A stretch of DNA of 64,000 nucleotides, the filler included, from Blastocystis sp. subtype 4 (Eukaryota): assembly GCF_000743755.1 (NCBI RefSeq). It is 49 parts of 49 records of this genome, joined end to end, with 100 filler letters (N's around TTAATTAATTAA, not from the genome) between each part and the next. Parts side by side here need not be neighbours in the genome. Positions count along the whole stretch, not along the records: positions 1 to 1,222 come from NW_014568652.1; positions 1,323 to 2,540 come from NW_014568651.1; positions 2,641 to 3,855 come from NW_014568650.1; positions 3,956 to 5,209 come from NW_014568649.1; positions 5,310 to 6,519 come from NW_014568648.1; positions 6,620 to 7,818 come from NW_014568647.1; positions 7,919 to 9,126 come from NW_014568646.1; positions 9,227 to 10,432 come from NW_014568645.1; 41 more parts are not named here. One strand, given 5' to 3'. This document shows, one piece after another, positions 1-12,370 of the stretch (positions are counted from its first letter, which is position 1; every line of letters begins with the position of its first letter). A model generated the notes under the pieces. It made no database searches, was not told where the DNA came from, and saw only the letters and a program-made list of their open reading frames with translations. Both the position numbers and the translations under genes were made by a program.

Positions 1-1222
1 ACTCTTCCAGGTAAACAGATTCAGACTTCAACAGTAACCACTCCAGTGACATTCCTTCAATCTGGAAGTAACACGATTGCTATTGCTATTGTTGCTATTA
101 CTGATACTCAACTCACATCCTATTTCGATACAATGGTTCGTTTGATGCCTTCAGAACAATCTGAATCTCATATCTGGGAATTCACTACTACATCTACTGG
201 TATCGATGATATTCAGGAGGGAGACATGTTGAATGATTTCTCTTCGAGTGACTGTTCCAATACCAATTCTCTCACCATCACATTGAATAATGATCATCGT
301 GAATGGATCAGTTCTGTTCAGATTCAGAACTATCAGTCTCGTAGAGATGAATGGACAACTGAATTCAATCTGTATGGTCGTAACTCAGATACAGATGAAT
401 GGACACTTCTGAAGGAAGTCACTGGTCTCACTTATTCGTTTGCTGGTCAGAAGAAGAGAATCTATTTCCCTAACAATACTCCTTACAATCAATTCAAGTT
501 TGAGAACTTTGGTATTAGTAATCCTTCTTCTTGTTATTGGTATATTCAATCTCTGGATCTGTTTGCTGATAATGTGTTGGCTGATATTCCTAACTTCACT
601 TATGATTCTTCAGTCACTGTAATCAAGTATGTTGAGATGTCTGAAGTGATTCCTCAGAATGGAGATCGTTACATGAACTTCAGAATCAACCCTTCTCTTC
701 CTGATGGTATTGTATTGGATCCTCACACTGGTTGGATCTCAGGTACTGCCACTGTCGGGAATGGTACTCAAACCTACACCATCACTGCTACTAAGATGAC
801 TGGAGGAGATGTGAGTGATACTATCTCTCTCTCAGTTTCAATATGTACTGGAGGCAAGGGATTGATGACTGTTCGTATCTTCGAATATAATGTGAATTCA
901 TGGAAACTGTATGAAGGAAGAGGAACCTCAGGAACTGTGTTGAGATCTGAATCTGATTTTCCTGTATCAGGTGCATATTACTATGTTGATTTCTGTTTGA
1001 ATGATGGAATCTACACATTTGAAGGAGCTGATATATATGAATATGAATGGGTACTTGGATCTGGTTACACTTTGACTGTTGATTATGGAGAGATGGAGTT
1101 GGATATCATGACAATTAATGGAGAAGATTCCAAACCGATCTATGTATCAAGTGTGTTCTCAACGTATTTCCCTTTCCAGATTGAATACACAGATTGGAAG
1201 GTGATACAGAGTGATGTGTCAA
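1..1222 (+). CDS. Surface-protein module A fragment (discoidin/F5-8-like + putative Ig/He_PIG + DxYGDGW-type domain)
   Basis: Open across contig; HIWEFT, PYNQFKFENF, LPDGIVLDPHTGWISGT; close paralog of 14 other contigs. Confidence 0.85.
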
Positions 1223-1322
1223 NNNNNNNNNNNNNNNNNNNNNNNNNNNNNNNNNNNNNNNNNNNNTTAATTAATTAANNNNNNNNNNNNNNNNNNNNNN
1301 NNNNNNNNNNNNNNNNNNNNNN
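1223..1322. other. Artificial contig spacer N44-TTAATTAATTAA-N44 (first of 48)
   Basis: Identical 100-nt spacer with six-frame stops recurs every ~1.2 kb (cores at 1267, 2585, 3900 ... 62845). Confidence 0.99.
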
Positions 1323-2540
1323 TTGTTGAATGAAGTGATTATTGGTGAGAATAGTCTGAGTTCATTGAGTCATTCGTGAGGAATTGAGTGTTGATTGATG
1401 ACTAGATACACAGTGACTAATCGCAATACCTTGTTGAGTATTCCTTGGGATGTAACTGCACTGACTGTAACTGACAATTCATGTAATGATAATAACATTA
1501 CTGTGGTTGATTTGAGTTCATTCAAGTTTCTTCGAAGTGTTGTGATTGGTCTTAACTGTTTCAAGTATGTTCAGATATTCTCGATAGTGGGACTCAATTG
1601 GCTTGAATCAGTCAGCATTGGTCGTGACAGTTTTGGGAGTAGTGGTTCATTATGGAAGGGTAGTGAGTTCAAGATTGTGAATTGTCCACAATTGAAGAGT
1701 TTGAGTATTGGAGATCGTTCATTTGGTCAATACAATGGATTTGAATTGTCTCAGTTGCCTCAACTGATATCTGTTGTAATGAATCAGTATTGTTTTCGAT
1801 ATGCTCCTAATGCGGTATTCAGAGGTATGAATGATGAAAGAGATAGATTGTAGACTTGCCATCATTGGAGACTATTGATCTAGGATCTAATGTCTTCAGT
1901 AATGCAGAATATGTAGTATTTGAAAGTATGTGATAATAGGAATTGAACATATCAGATCTTCCTAAGTTGACAGTGTTACAATTACAGACTTGGTGCTTGG
2001 AAGGTTCGACTTCTACAAAGACAACTGACATTAGTCCCTATTACTATAAGAATACTCTTATCATGAGGAGTATGTATGTTAACAATTCTAATCATCAGAT
2101 CTACCATCTTTGACAACATTAAGCATTAGTGATTATGTATTTGGGAATATGGGTTTTGTAAGGTTAGAAAGTATCACATTTGGAACTATCAAACAATAGA
2201 TGTTAGATCACCTCTCACTACTCAAGTATCTGGTTCTAATTATTTGAGACATACTCACACTCTTGAAGTGAATAGTTGATGATTGTATTGTTGATTGAGA
2301 TGTAGATGCATCTAGTCTTGCTCAGTTCATATCATCCAGAAGTGTTTATGTGAAAGCAACAGGTGAAGTGATTGATCTCAGTTCAATTCCATTATCAGTT
2401 GAGGATCTGAGGTTTGAGGATTATTCTCAACTGGATTCAAGTGTTCTATCATTCAATCTGTCTCCATTCTCTCATCTCAAATCCCTCACTATTGGAGATG
2501 ACTCTTTTGGTTCACCAATTGAGTTCATAGCCAATGGACT
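1323..2540 (+). CDS. Leucine-rich-repeat protein fragment (family B), multi-exon
   Basis: LxxLxIGxxSF repeats; GT-AG introns e.g. 1376-1405, 1825-1853, 2070-2098. Confidence 0.85.
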
Positions 2541-2640
2541 NNNNNNNNNNNNNNNNNNNNNNNNNNNNNNNNNNNNNNNNNNNNTTAATTAATTAANNNN
2601 NNNNNNNNNNNNNNNNNNNNNNNNNNNNNNNNNNNNNNNN

Positions 2641-3855
2641 CTGACAGTATTCCAATCACTTGACACATCACTCTGTATCACCTTCCAATCTGTGTATTCA
2701 ATCTGGAAAGGGAAATACGTTGAGAACACAGTTGATACATAGATCGGTTTGTAATCCTGTCTGTTCATTTCCATAATGTCCAACTCCATCTCTCCCATAT
2801 CAACAGTCAAAGTGTAACCAGTTCCAACTGACCAACCATCTCCATATGAATCAGCTCCTTCAAATGTGTAGATTCCATCATTCAAACAGAAATCAGCATA
2901 GTAATATGTATTCTTCACAGGGAACATGGATACAGATCTCAATACAGTTCCTGAGGTTCCTCTTCCTTCATACAGCTTCCATGAATTCTCAGCCGGAAAA
3001 CTATCAGCGTAGATACGAACAGTCATCAATCCCTTGCCTCCAGTACATACTGAAACTGAGAGGGAGATAGTACCAGTCACATCTCCTCCACTAATCTTAG
3101 TAGCAGTGATAGTATAGGTTTGAGCAGCACTTTCAGAAGTGGCAGTACCTGAAATCCAACCAGTGTGAGGATCCAACACAATACCAGCAGGGAAAGCAGG
3201 AGAGACTCTGAAGTTCATGTAGTGATCATTATTCTGAGGAATCACTTCAGCCATCTCAATATCCTTGAATACACTGGCTGAAGAATCATAAGTGAAGTTA
3301 GGAATATCAGCCAACACATTATCAGCAAACAGATCCAGAGTCTGAACATACCAATAACAAGAAGAAGGATTACCAGTAGCAAAGTTCTCAAACTTGAATT
3401 GATTGTAAGGAGTATTGTTGGGGAAATAGACTCTTTTCTTCTGACCTGGAGTTGAATAAGTGAGACCTGACACATCAGTGAGAAGTGTCCATTCTTCTGT
3501 TCCCAAGTTACGACCATACAATTTGAATTGAGTAGCTGTTTGGATACTCATAGATCCAGTGTAATAGTTCTGAATCTGAACAGAACTGATCCATTCACGA
3601 CGATTGTTATTGAAGGTGAGTGTTAGAGAGTTTGGTGAGCATGTACTACTGTATAGGTTATTACTATAATACATATCGAATGGACTAACAGCAGTTCCAG
3701 AAATGTCAGTCATTGAAGCAGTGAATTCCCAGATATGAGATTCAGATTGTTCTGAAGACATCAAACGAACAACTGCATCGAAATAGGATGTGGTGTAACT
3801 GTCAGTAATAGCAACAATCGCAATAGCAATCGTGTTACTTCCAGATTGAAGGAAT
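2641..3855 (-). CDS. Surface-protein module A fragment
   Basis: Paralog of 1..1222, open frame. Confidence 0.85.
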
Positions 3856-3964
3856 NNNNNNNNNNNNNNNNNNNNNNNNNNNNNNNNNNNNNNNNNNNNT
3901 TAATTAATTAANNNNNNNNNNNNNNNNNNNNNNNNNNNNNNNNNNNNNNNNNNNNTTCATTATT

Positions 3965-4290
3965 TGTTGGAGTAGTTTTGGAGTAGGTTCAAAAATACAA
4001 CCTACTCCACATTTCATTCAAAAAGGCTCATTAAATGGCTTATTTATAGGGATTCATTCATTTTGGAGTAGGAGGAGTAGGAAGAGTAGGTTGAAATTTC
4101 AATTAGACAAATTGTTTTGGTAGAATTCTTCTTAAGAAATAGAAAACTAACCTACTCCACCTACTCCAACCTACTCCACATCAAAAATCTTCATAATCGC
4201 GCTTATTTATGGGCTATTCTACGGATTATTGGAGTAGGTTTGATATTTGAGACTACTCCTGAAACCTACTCCAACCTACTCCTATCAAAG
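3965..4290. repeat. Inverted iteron-like array GGAGTAG(G)/(C)CTACTCC
   Basis: About a dozen copies; a GGAGTAG cluster (4062-4092) faces a CCTACTCC cluster (4149-4179) across an AT-rich spacer. Confidence 0.85.
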
Positions 4291-4309
4291 TNTCTGCAAC
4301 AATCAATTC

Positions 4310-5014
4310 TCATCCATTAATCAATCGAATACCACCATTTCGACTACGTTTTCCTTTGTTAATGATTTGACTAACAATATCATTCTTCTTAACACTATCC
4401 AGTTCACGATGAATTGGATCAACACTTCCAGACTTCAATTCATCTGCATCTTGTTCCTTCACTTCTGGTTTTCCATTCTTATCATTTCGAGCTCGTTCAG
4501 CATTCTTCAATGATTTCTCATACTCTTCAACAATCCGTTTTCGTTCAAGATATTTGGCACGACGCTCTTCATCTAAAATACATGCAGGCAATTTGCTCTT
4601 CAATTTGGCTATTACTGTTGTCAGATTACTGAATGATAGATTGTTGTATGGAATTAGCATATCATCATCTACTATGTAAAATCGAGGAGGATCAGGATCT
4701 TCAACACATTCTTGAATATTGGATGGTGGAGCACGCTTGAGTTTCTTCCAAATGTCTTCTCGACCTATCAATGATTTGCTAATGAAGAGTTTCTCACAAT
4801 TATCAAGNAATTTGGAGTTCAATCGTATTGCAGATTGGAAACATGCAATCCAATTGATGAGTTTGTGTCGACCAGCTATACTACATTCTTCCATCAATTT
4901 GTATACAGGAGATTGAACTGATTTGTTCTGAAGATCATCAAAGATGAATACACTTCCATATGGTGATAGATACAATGATTTGATACTACCATCAGATACA
5001 ATTACTTGAAATGA
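4310..5014 (-). pseudogene. A32/FtsK-like viral DNA-packaging ATPase, C-terminal half
   Basis: Walker B VFIFDD, then IAGRH and a downstream conserved Q (WIACFQ); intron-less; no Walker A in contig; preceded by in-frame TAG at 5015-5017. Confidence 0.75.
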
Positions 5015-5200
5015 CTAACTATCTGGACTGGTTGTTTTTAGTGTTAATCCCTTAGTTGGTTGTAAGTCCTCACGTAGTTGATTGGAAAAGTTGAATATGT
5101 TGTGTGGATTAGCTGTTGATGGAGTTGATTCTCTAGGATCAGGTGGTTGATCAAAGTACTTACCATAATCAAGTTTGAATTGTGTGAGTAATTGACTCAT
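5015..5200 (-). CDS. Small viral-element ORF (MSQLLTQFKLDYGKYFDQ...), unknown function
   Basis: In frame with the ATPase; near-identical decayed copy at 63062-63118 directly after the protease-like ORF. Confidence 0.5.
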   Translation of the reverse strand: MSQLLTQFKLDYGKYFDQPPDPRESTPSTANPHNIFNFSNQLREDLQPTKGLTLKTTSPDS

Positions 5201-5309
5201 GTTTACTTGNNNNNNNNNNNNNNNNNNNNNNNNNNNNNNNNNNNNNNNNNNNNTTAATTAATTAANNNNNNNNNNNNNNNNNNNNNNNNNNNNNNNNNNN
5301 NNNNNNNNN

Positions 5310-6519
5310 GTGAGGAATTGAGTGTTGATTGATGACTAGATACACAGTGAATAATCGCAATACCTTGTTGAGTATTCCTTGGGATGTAACTGCACTGACT
5401 GTAACTGGGAATTCATGTAATGATAATAACATATATGTGGTTGATTTGAGTTCATTCAAGTTTCTTCGAAGTGTTGTGATTGGTCATTACTGTTTCAAGT
5501 ATGTTCAGATATTGTCGATAGTGGGACTCAATTGGCTTGAATCAGTCAGCATTGGCACTTACAGTTTTTGGAGTGATGGTTCATTATTGGTGGACAGTGA
5601 GTTCAAGATTGTGAATTGTCCACAACTGAAGAGTTTGAGTATTGGAGGTCGTTCGTTTGGTCGATACAATGGATTTGAATTGTCTCAGTTACCTCAACTG
5701 AAATCTATTATAGTAGCTAGTGATTTTAGTTTTCAATATGTTCCTAATGTGGTATTCAGAAGTATGAATGATGGAAGAGATGGATTGTAGACTTGCCATC
5801 ATTGGAGACTATTGATCTAGGAAATGGTGTTTTCAGAGATGCAGAATATGTAGTATTTGAAAGTATGTGATAATAGGAATTGAACATATCAGATCTTCCT
5901 AAGTTGACAGTGTTACGATTACGGTCAAGTTGCTTGGTTGGTTCGACTTCTACAAAGACAACTGATGTAATTCCCTATTACTATAAGAATACTCTTATCA
6001 TGAGGAGTATGTATGTTAACAGTTCTAAAGATCTACCATCTTTGAGGACACTAAGCATGACTGGTAGTTATGTGTTTGGGAATATGGGTTTTGTAAGGTT
6101 AGAAAGTATCACATTTGGAACTATCAAACAATAGATGTTCGATCACCTCTCATTATTGAAGGATCTAGTTCTAATCAATTCCAATACACTCACACTGTTG
6201 AAGTGAATAGTTGATGATTGTATTGTTGATTGATATGTAGATGCATCTAGTCTTGCTCAGTTCATATCATCCAGAAGTGTTTATGTGAAAGCAACAGGTG
6301 AAGTGATTGATCTCAGTTCAATTCCATTATCAGTTGAGGATCTGAGGTTTGAGGATTATTCTCAAGTGGATTCAACTGTTCTATCATTCAATCTGTCTCC
6401 ATTCTCTCATCTTAAATCCGTCACTATTGGAGATGATTCTTTTGGTTCACCAATTGAGTTCATAGCCAATGGACTGAATGAATTGATTTCAATTCATATT
6501 GGAATGAACTCATTCACAA
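5310..6519 (+). CDS. LRR protein fragment (family B), multi-exon
   Basis: Paralog of 1323..2540 with the same intron positions. Confidence 0.85.
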
Positions 6520-6619
6520 NNNNNNNNNNNNNNNNNNNNNNNNNNNNNNNNNNNNNNNNNNNNTTAATTAATTAANNNNNNNNNNNNNNNNNNNNNNNNN
6601 NNNNNNNNNNNNNNNNNNN

Positions 6620-7818
6620 GAGTGAATCGAATGTGTTGTCTGTTGAAGTCCATTTCACAGATTCAAATCATGAAGAGATCATTCAATTCAATGGATTCTT
6701 ATCTCTATTGGCTGGAATAAATGTAACCAACAATTGTTTCGTTTATCCTTATCCTGTTACTGCCTCTTCTACTGACTTCAATGATCCTAGTCGTGCTATT
6801 GATTGGGATTATTATTGGTATGCATCAACTTCTTGGTTTCCAAGTTCGATGATGTTTGATTTCTCTGGTTCTTCTATTCCACTCATCAATTCTTATCGAA
6901 TATGGACTTATAATGATCGTAACTATTATTCTCCTTCTTCATTCTCTATTGAGGGATCTGTATCAACTGATGACTCTTGGAACATGATTCTCTCTCCATC
7001 CAATATTGGTTACACATGGTATGAATGGAAACAGTTTGATCTTGTTTCTCTTCCTCACAGATATCCTCTTCTTCGATTCACTATTCTACCTTACAGTGAT
7101 GATAATGTTTGCTTATCAGAACTTCAATTTCTTGTTTGTAATCGTCCTTCTGTGAGTAGTATTGAGTATCCTGAAACAGAATACTCATTCTACAAGGATT
7201 ATGAACAGATCTCTATTAGTCCAATTCAATATGGATACAGTGATTGTTCGATTCAGCCTTCACTTCCTGATGGAATGAGTATTGATCCCAACACTTGTAT
7301 CATCTCTGGTGTATCTCATTCTCTCGGTTCACAACAGTATACTGTCACATCAACAATGGTCACTCCTCCCATTCAATCTATTCTCAATCTCACATTCATT
7401 CACTGTTCTGGAACTGTCTACAGAACTCAGATGATTATTCGTTATGAATATGATCAAATCACTATTCATGATACATCTGATGAGAGTATTATCTATCAGA
7501 TTCAACCAGGTCATTCTCAAGGATCATTTGGATTAGAAACTCATTATCTGTGTATCACTGCTGATCGATTTGATGTTGTGTTCAATTTGACAACTACCTA
7601 TTGGATGTCTAGTTCATATTATTACATGTATGTTCTGTTGCCTGATGGTGAAGAGGAGATGGTTCTGAAAGGACGATATGATGCTGATCAGAAGAATGTT
7701 CATCATCATTATGTTCGTTGTCCTTCTATCAATCATTCAGAACAATGGTATTATAAGATGGGTGAAGTGCCTACCAATTGGTTTGGTGATGATACATCAG
7801 GTTGGTCTCAAGCTGCTA
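6620..7818 (+). CDS. Surface-protein module C fragment (discoidin-like + putative Ig)
   Basis: SVEVHFTD...LPDGMSIDPNTCIISG...SEQWYYKMGEVPTNW; 6 paralogs in window. Confidence 0.85.
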
Positions 7819-7918
7819 NNNNNNNNNNNNNNNNNNNNNNNNNNNNNNNNNNNNNNNNNNNNTTAATTAATTAANNNNNNNNNNNNNNNNNNNNNNNNNN
7901 NNNNNNNNNNNNNNNNNN

Positions 7919-9126
7919 ATTCCAATCACTTGACACATCACTCTGTATCACCTTCCAATCTGTGTATTCAATCTGGAAAGGGAAATACGTTGAGAACACA
8001 GTTGATACAGTCACAGGTGAATAATCCTGACCATTCATTTCCATGATATCCAACTCCATCTCTCCATAATCAACAGTCAGAGTGTAACCACTTCCATTAG
8101 ACCAGCCATCTCCCCATGAATCAGCTCCTTCAAATGTGTAGATTCCATCATTCAAACAGAAATCAACATAGTAGTAAGCATTCGATACAGGGAATACGTA
8201 TACAGATCTCAACACGGTTCCTGAGGTTCCTCTTCCTTCATACAGTTTCCATGAATTCTCAGAATCACTGGCATCAGCTCTGATACGAACAGTCATCAAT
8301 CCTCTCCCTCCAGTACAGCGAGTAACAGCAAGAGATACAGGAACAGTCACATCTCCTCCACTAATCTTAGTAGCAGTGATGGTGTAGGTTTGAGCAGCAC
8401 TCTCAGAAGTGGCAGTACCTGAAATCCAACCAGTATAAGGATACACAATACCAGCAGGAAGAGAAGGATTGATTCTGAAGTTGTAGTAACCTTCTGTATT
8501 CTCAGGAATCACTTCAGCCATCTCAATATCCTTGAATATAGTGATTGAAGAATCATAAGTGAAGTTAGGAATATCAGCCAACACATTATCAGCAAACAGA
8601 TCCAGAGATTGAGTCAACCACGTACAATCAGAAGGATTACCAGTAGCAAAGTTCTCAAACTTGAATTGATTGTAAGGAGTATTGTTAGACAAATAGACTT
8701 TTCTCTTCTGAGCCACAGTTGAATAAGTAAGACCAGTAACATCGGCTAGAAGTGTCCATTCATCATTATTTGAGTTACGACCATACAATTTGAATTGTGT
8801 GGGAACCTGACTACTGTACATTGTCGAATAATAGTTCTGAATCTGAACAGAACTGATCCATTCACGACGATTGTTTGATAGAGTCAAAGTCAGAGAATTC
8901 GGCTCACAGTCATAACCAGAGATGTAGGTATTACATATCAAATGGATTGGAACCAGGAGCATAGATACCAGTCACTGAAGCAGTGAATTCCCAGATATGA
9001 GATTCAGATTGTTCTGAAGACATCAAACGAACAACTGTATCGAAATAGGATGTGGTGTAACTGTCAGCAATAGCAACAATCGCAATAGCAATCGTGTTAC
9101 TTCCAGATTGAAGGAATGTCACTGGA
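7919..9126 (-). pseudogene. Module A copy with frameshift near 8935
   Basis: Homology split over ORFs 8931..9122 and 7871..8962; also a 3-nt deletion (GIVYPYTGW). Confidence 0.7.
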
Positions 9127-9226
9127 NNNNNNNNNNNNNNNNNNNNNNNNNNNNNNNNNNNNNNNNNNNNTTAATTAATTAANNNNNNNNNNNNNNNNNN
9201 NNNNNNNNNNNNNNNNNNNNNNNNNN

Positions 9227-10432
9227 TTCAACAGTAACCACTCCAGTGACATTCCTTCAATCTGGAAGTAACACGATTGCTATTGCCATTGTTGCTATTG
9301 ATGATACTCAACTCACATCCTATTTTGATACAATGGTTCGTTTGATGTCATCAGAACAATCTGAATCTCATATCTGGGAATTCACTGCTACATCTAATGG
9401 AATCTCTTGTTCAGGAGACACATTAAGTGATATCTCTTCGAGTGGCTGTTCCAATACCAATTCTCTCACCATCACATTGAATAATGATCGTTGTGAGTGG
9501 ATCAGTTCTGTTCAGATTCAGATTCCTTATTACTCCAGTAGAGACCGATGGGTAACTGAATTCAATCTGTATGGTCGTAACTCAGATACAGATGAATGGA
9601 CACTTCTGAAGGAAGTGACTGGTCTCACTTATTCAACTGCTGGTCAGAAGAGAAGAATCTATTTGGCTAACAATACTCCTTACAATCAATTCAAGTTTGA
9701 GAACTTTGCTACTGGTAATCCTTCTTCTTGTTATTGGGAAGTTCAGTCTCTGGATCTGTTTGCTGATAATGTGTTGGCTGATATTCCTAACTTCACTTAT
9801 GATTCTTCAATCACTGTAGTCAAGTATGTTGAGATGTCTGAAGTGATTCCTCAGAATGGAGATGGTTACATGAACTTCAGAATCAATCCTTCTCTTCCTG
9901 CTGGCATTGTGTTGGATCCTCACACTGGTTGGATCTCAGGTACTGCCACTTCTGAGAGTGCTACTCAAACCTACACCATCACTGCTACTAAGATAACTGG
10001 AGGAGATGTGACTGCTACTATCTCTCTATCAGTTATCATATGTACTGGAGGCAAGGGATTGATGACTATTCGTATCTATCCTGATTATGATCATGAAGAG
10101 AATTCATGGAAACTGTATGAAGGAAGAGGAACATCAGGAACTGTTTTGAGATCTGTAGAACAATTCCCTGTATCAAGTGATTATTACTATGTTGATTTCT
10201 GTTTGAATGATGGAATATACACATTTGAAGGAGCTAATTCATATGGAGATGGATGGTATTACCATACTGGTTACACTCTGACTGTTGATTTGGGAGAAAT
10301 GGAGTTGGATATCATGGAAATGAGCAGACAGGATTACAAACCGATCTATGTATCAACTGTGTTCTCAACATATTTCCCTTTCCAGATTGAATACACAGAT
10401 TGGAAGGTGATACAGAGTGATGTGTCAAGTGA
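9227..10432 (+). CDS. Surface-protein module A fragment
   Basis: Open paralog. Confidence 0.85.
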
Positions 10433-10532
10433 NNNNNNNNNNNNNNNNNNNNNNNNNNNNNNNNNNNNNNNNNNNNTTAATTAATTAANNNNNNNNNNNN
10501 NNNNNNNNNNNNNNNNNNNNNNNNNNNNNNNN

Positions 10533-10885
10533 CCACTGAATAATGAGATGATAAACACAATGATACCGATACAAACCAGAAACACCTTCTTTTGAAACGA
10601 TGCCTTTAAAGGCTTGAATTGGATTCTTGTAAAGCATACTCTTTCCAGATACTTGTCTCTATTCATCACTCTTTTCATTCACTCTCACTTGCATGGTGGT
10701 CTTAATCATATCCAAAGGATACACAATCGATGTTGCCAACACTCCTGATGTTCCACCAACAAGAAGCTTCTGCGAAAACGTCACCTAAAATCACAATCCT
10801 CACGACCTCATCGTACCTCTTTTGTGTGCTCAGTAGCTACGCTGCCCAATTCAACATAGGATTCACGTCCGTTAGTACTCTGCAT
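10533..10885 (-). CDS. Mitochondrial carrier (SLC25) family protein, 5' part
   Basis: Spliced over ~31-nt introns: KLLVGGTSGVLATSIVYPLDMIKTTMQ...KEGVSGLYRG (PxDxxK signature). Confidence 0.9.
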
Positions 10886-11150
10886 GATTCATTTACAATA
10901 ATAAACAATGAGAAACAAAAGGGGAATTAGTTATAACCGTGGTTCTGTACATACTATGTAGTTCCATGGGAATAATAGGCGGTAACGCCATCAGAAAAAA
11001 CTTCAAATAGATTCGGCAAACATTACAATGATTCTTGCTTGCATATTGATTGAGGGATCTATAGTAGAGGAATGGTGACTACTGACCATATCTGAATAGA
11101 ATCATCACTGCTCACTGATCAAACCATTAGTAGTTGAAAAGGATAGTATA

Positions 11151-11158
11151 AACAAACA
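11151..11158 (-). promoter_or_regulatory. TGTTTGTT polyadenylation motif
   Basis: Starts 5 nt after the codon-position-1 T at 11163. Confidence 0.75.
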
Positions 11159-11162
11159 ATAG

Positions 11163-11761
11163 ATTCCTCTCTGCTACTTCGATAAATGGGTAGAACAAGT
11201 GGAATTCCAGTAAGACATCTAACAATCACTTCTAACCATCAATATCAACGCATGAAGATAATAGTATACATATCTACCCATTAGAACAATCTGAATGAAT
11301 TGAGATAGTAGAATTGATCTTCCTGCTAAAACACTTCCTAGTACATTTGTATTTGAATTCAATTCTCTCCAGCAACTACACCAAAACAAAAGAGCAAGAA
11401 GTCGAGAAACAGCTAACGAGAAGACAAAGTGAGAAGTAAAAGACTCAATCTCACCCTTCTACAACTCATCTATAATCAGAAATACAACTCGAGAACGAGA
11501 GAATAAAAGGAGTTGAGGATAGATTGCAAAAGCTTCTACATAGTGTGAGAAACTCCACAGAATATCCAGAATAGGTTGTTGTGACAAACCAGGATGAACC
11601 AACTATTACTAAATAGAGAAAGAAATAACTACAAGGGCATAACCAAAGAGAAGTACTAGAAGGAAAGAGATTGATTTGAAGGCAGTTGAAGGATTATGAC
11701 CTGCAAAAGGATCCTTCAAATCAAATAAAACTTGTAGTAACTACGATATATGAATAATAAG
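11163..11761 (-). CDS. ER lumen protein-retaining receptor (ERD2/KDELR-like), 3' part
   Basis: WSFSHYVEAFAIYPQL, FTSHFVFSLAVSR, C-terminal GIPLVLP; short introns; ends T+4 nt+TGTTTGTT. Confidence 0.8.
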
Positions 11762-11861
11762 NNNNNNNNNNNNNNNNNNNNNNNNNNNNNNNNNNNNNNN
11801 NNNNNTTAATTAATTAANNNNNNNNNNNNNNNNNNNNNNNNNNNNNNNNNNNNNNNNNNNN

Positions 11862-11975
11862 CTCAAACCAACCTACCCTACTCAATCCAACCTACATTAA
11901 GCAACCACTGTCCCCTCTACTAACATTAATCAACTAGTATCTTTACCCCTTAATCCCCTTTTAACATTAATCAAT
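11862..11975. repeat. C-rich, possibly subtelomeric repeat shared with 26655-26700
   Basis: ACATTAATCAACTAGTATCTTTACCCCTTAATCCCCTT identical in two contigs, both near the contig start. Confidence 0.6.
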
Positions 11976-12089
11976 CCAATACTCTCTTCAATACCAAATG
12001 TGAATCTGTTATGTTTGATAAACGATACTATTCTCTGGCTCACATCATTCAATATCCAATGCTGATTCCAGTTATGCTTGTATTTACAT

Positions 12090-12370
12090 TGGATTCTTCA
12101 GATATGTCTAAGAATGATTATTCCCAACTCTCCAGTTTCATCACTTTGATTCCTTCTAATGTATCAGTTCTCACATTTATTCGTTTATCCTTAACCTTCT
12201 TATGCTCTTGTTCAACAGATTCCACTTGCTTCGAGAGAAGTCGTCAAAATCGAATCATCACAACAATCACCATGATTCTATCTAGTCTGACTCATCTCAA
12301 CTACACATCATCCATACTTCAATCTCCATTTCCAATCGACAATCATCTGGAATGCTCCAAATCATAGGAT
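12090..12370 (-). pseudogene. ABCC/MRP transporter TMD1 pseudogene
   Basis: KDKRINVRTDTLEGIKVMKLESWE*SF matches the ABCC KDxRxxxxxExLxGIKVxKLxxWE motif; many stops. Confidence 0.75.

Noticed and set aside
440..1018. Recurrent short ORFs in alternative frames or antisense to modules A and C (also 2846, 3242, 25745, 49624 etc.)
   Set aside because: Shadows of the conserved main frame; they recur only because the paralogs are similar
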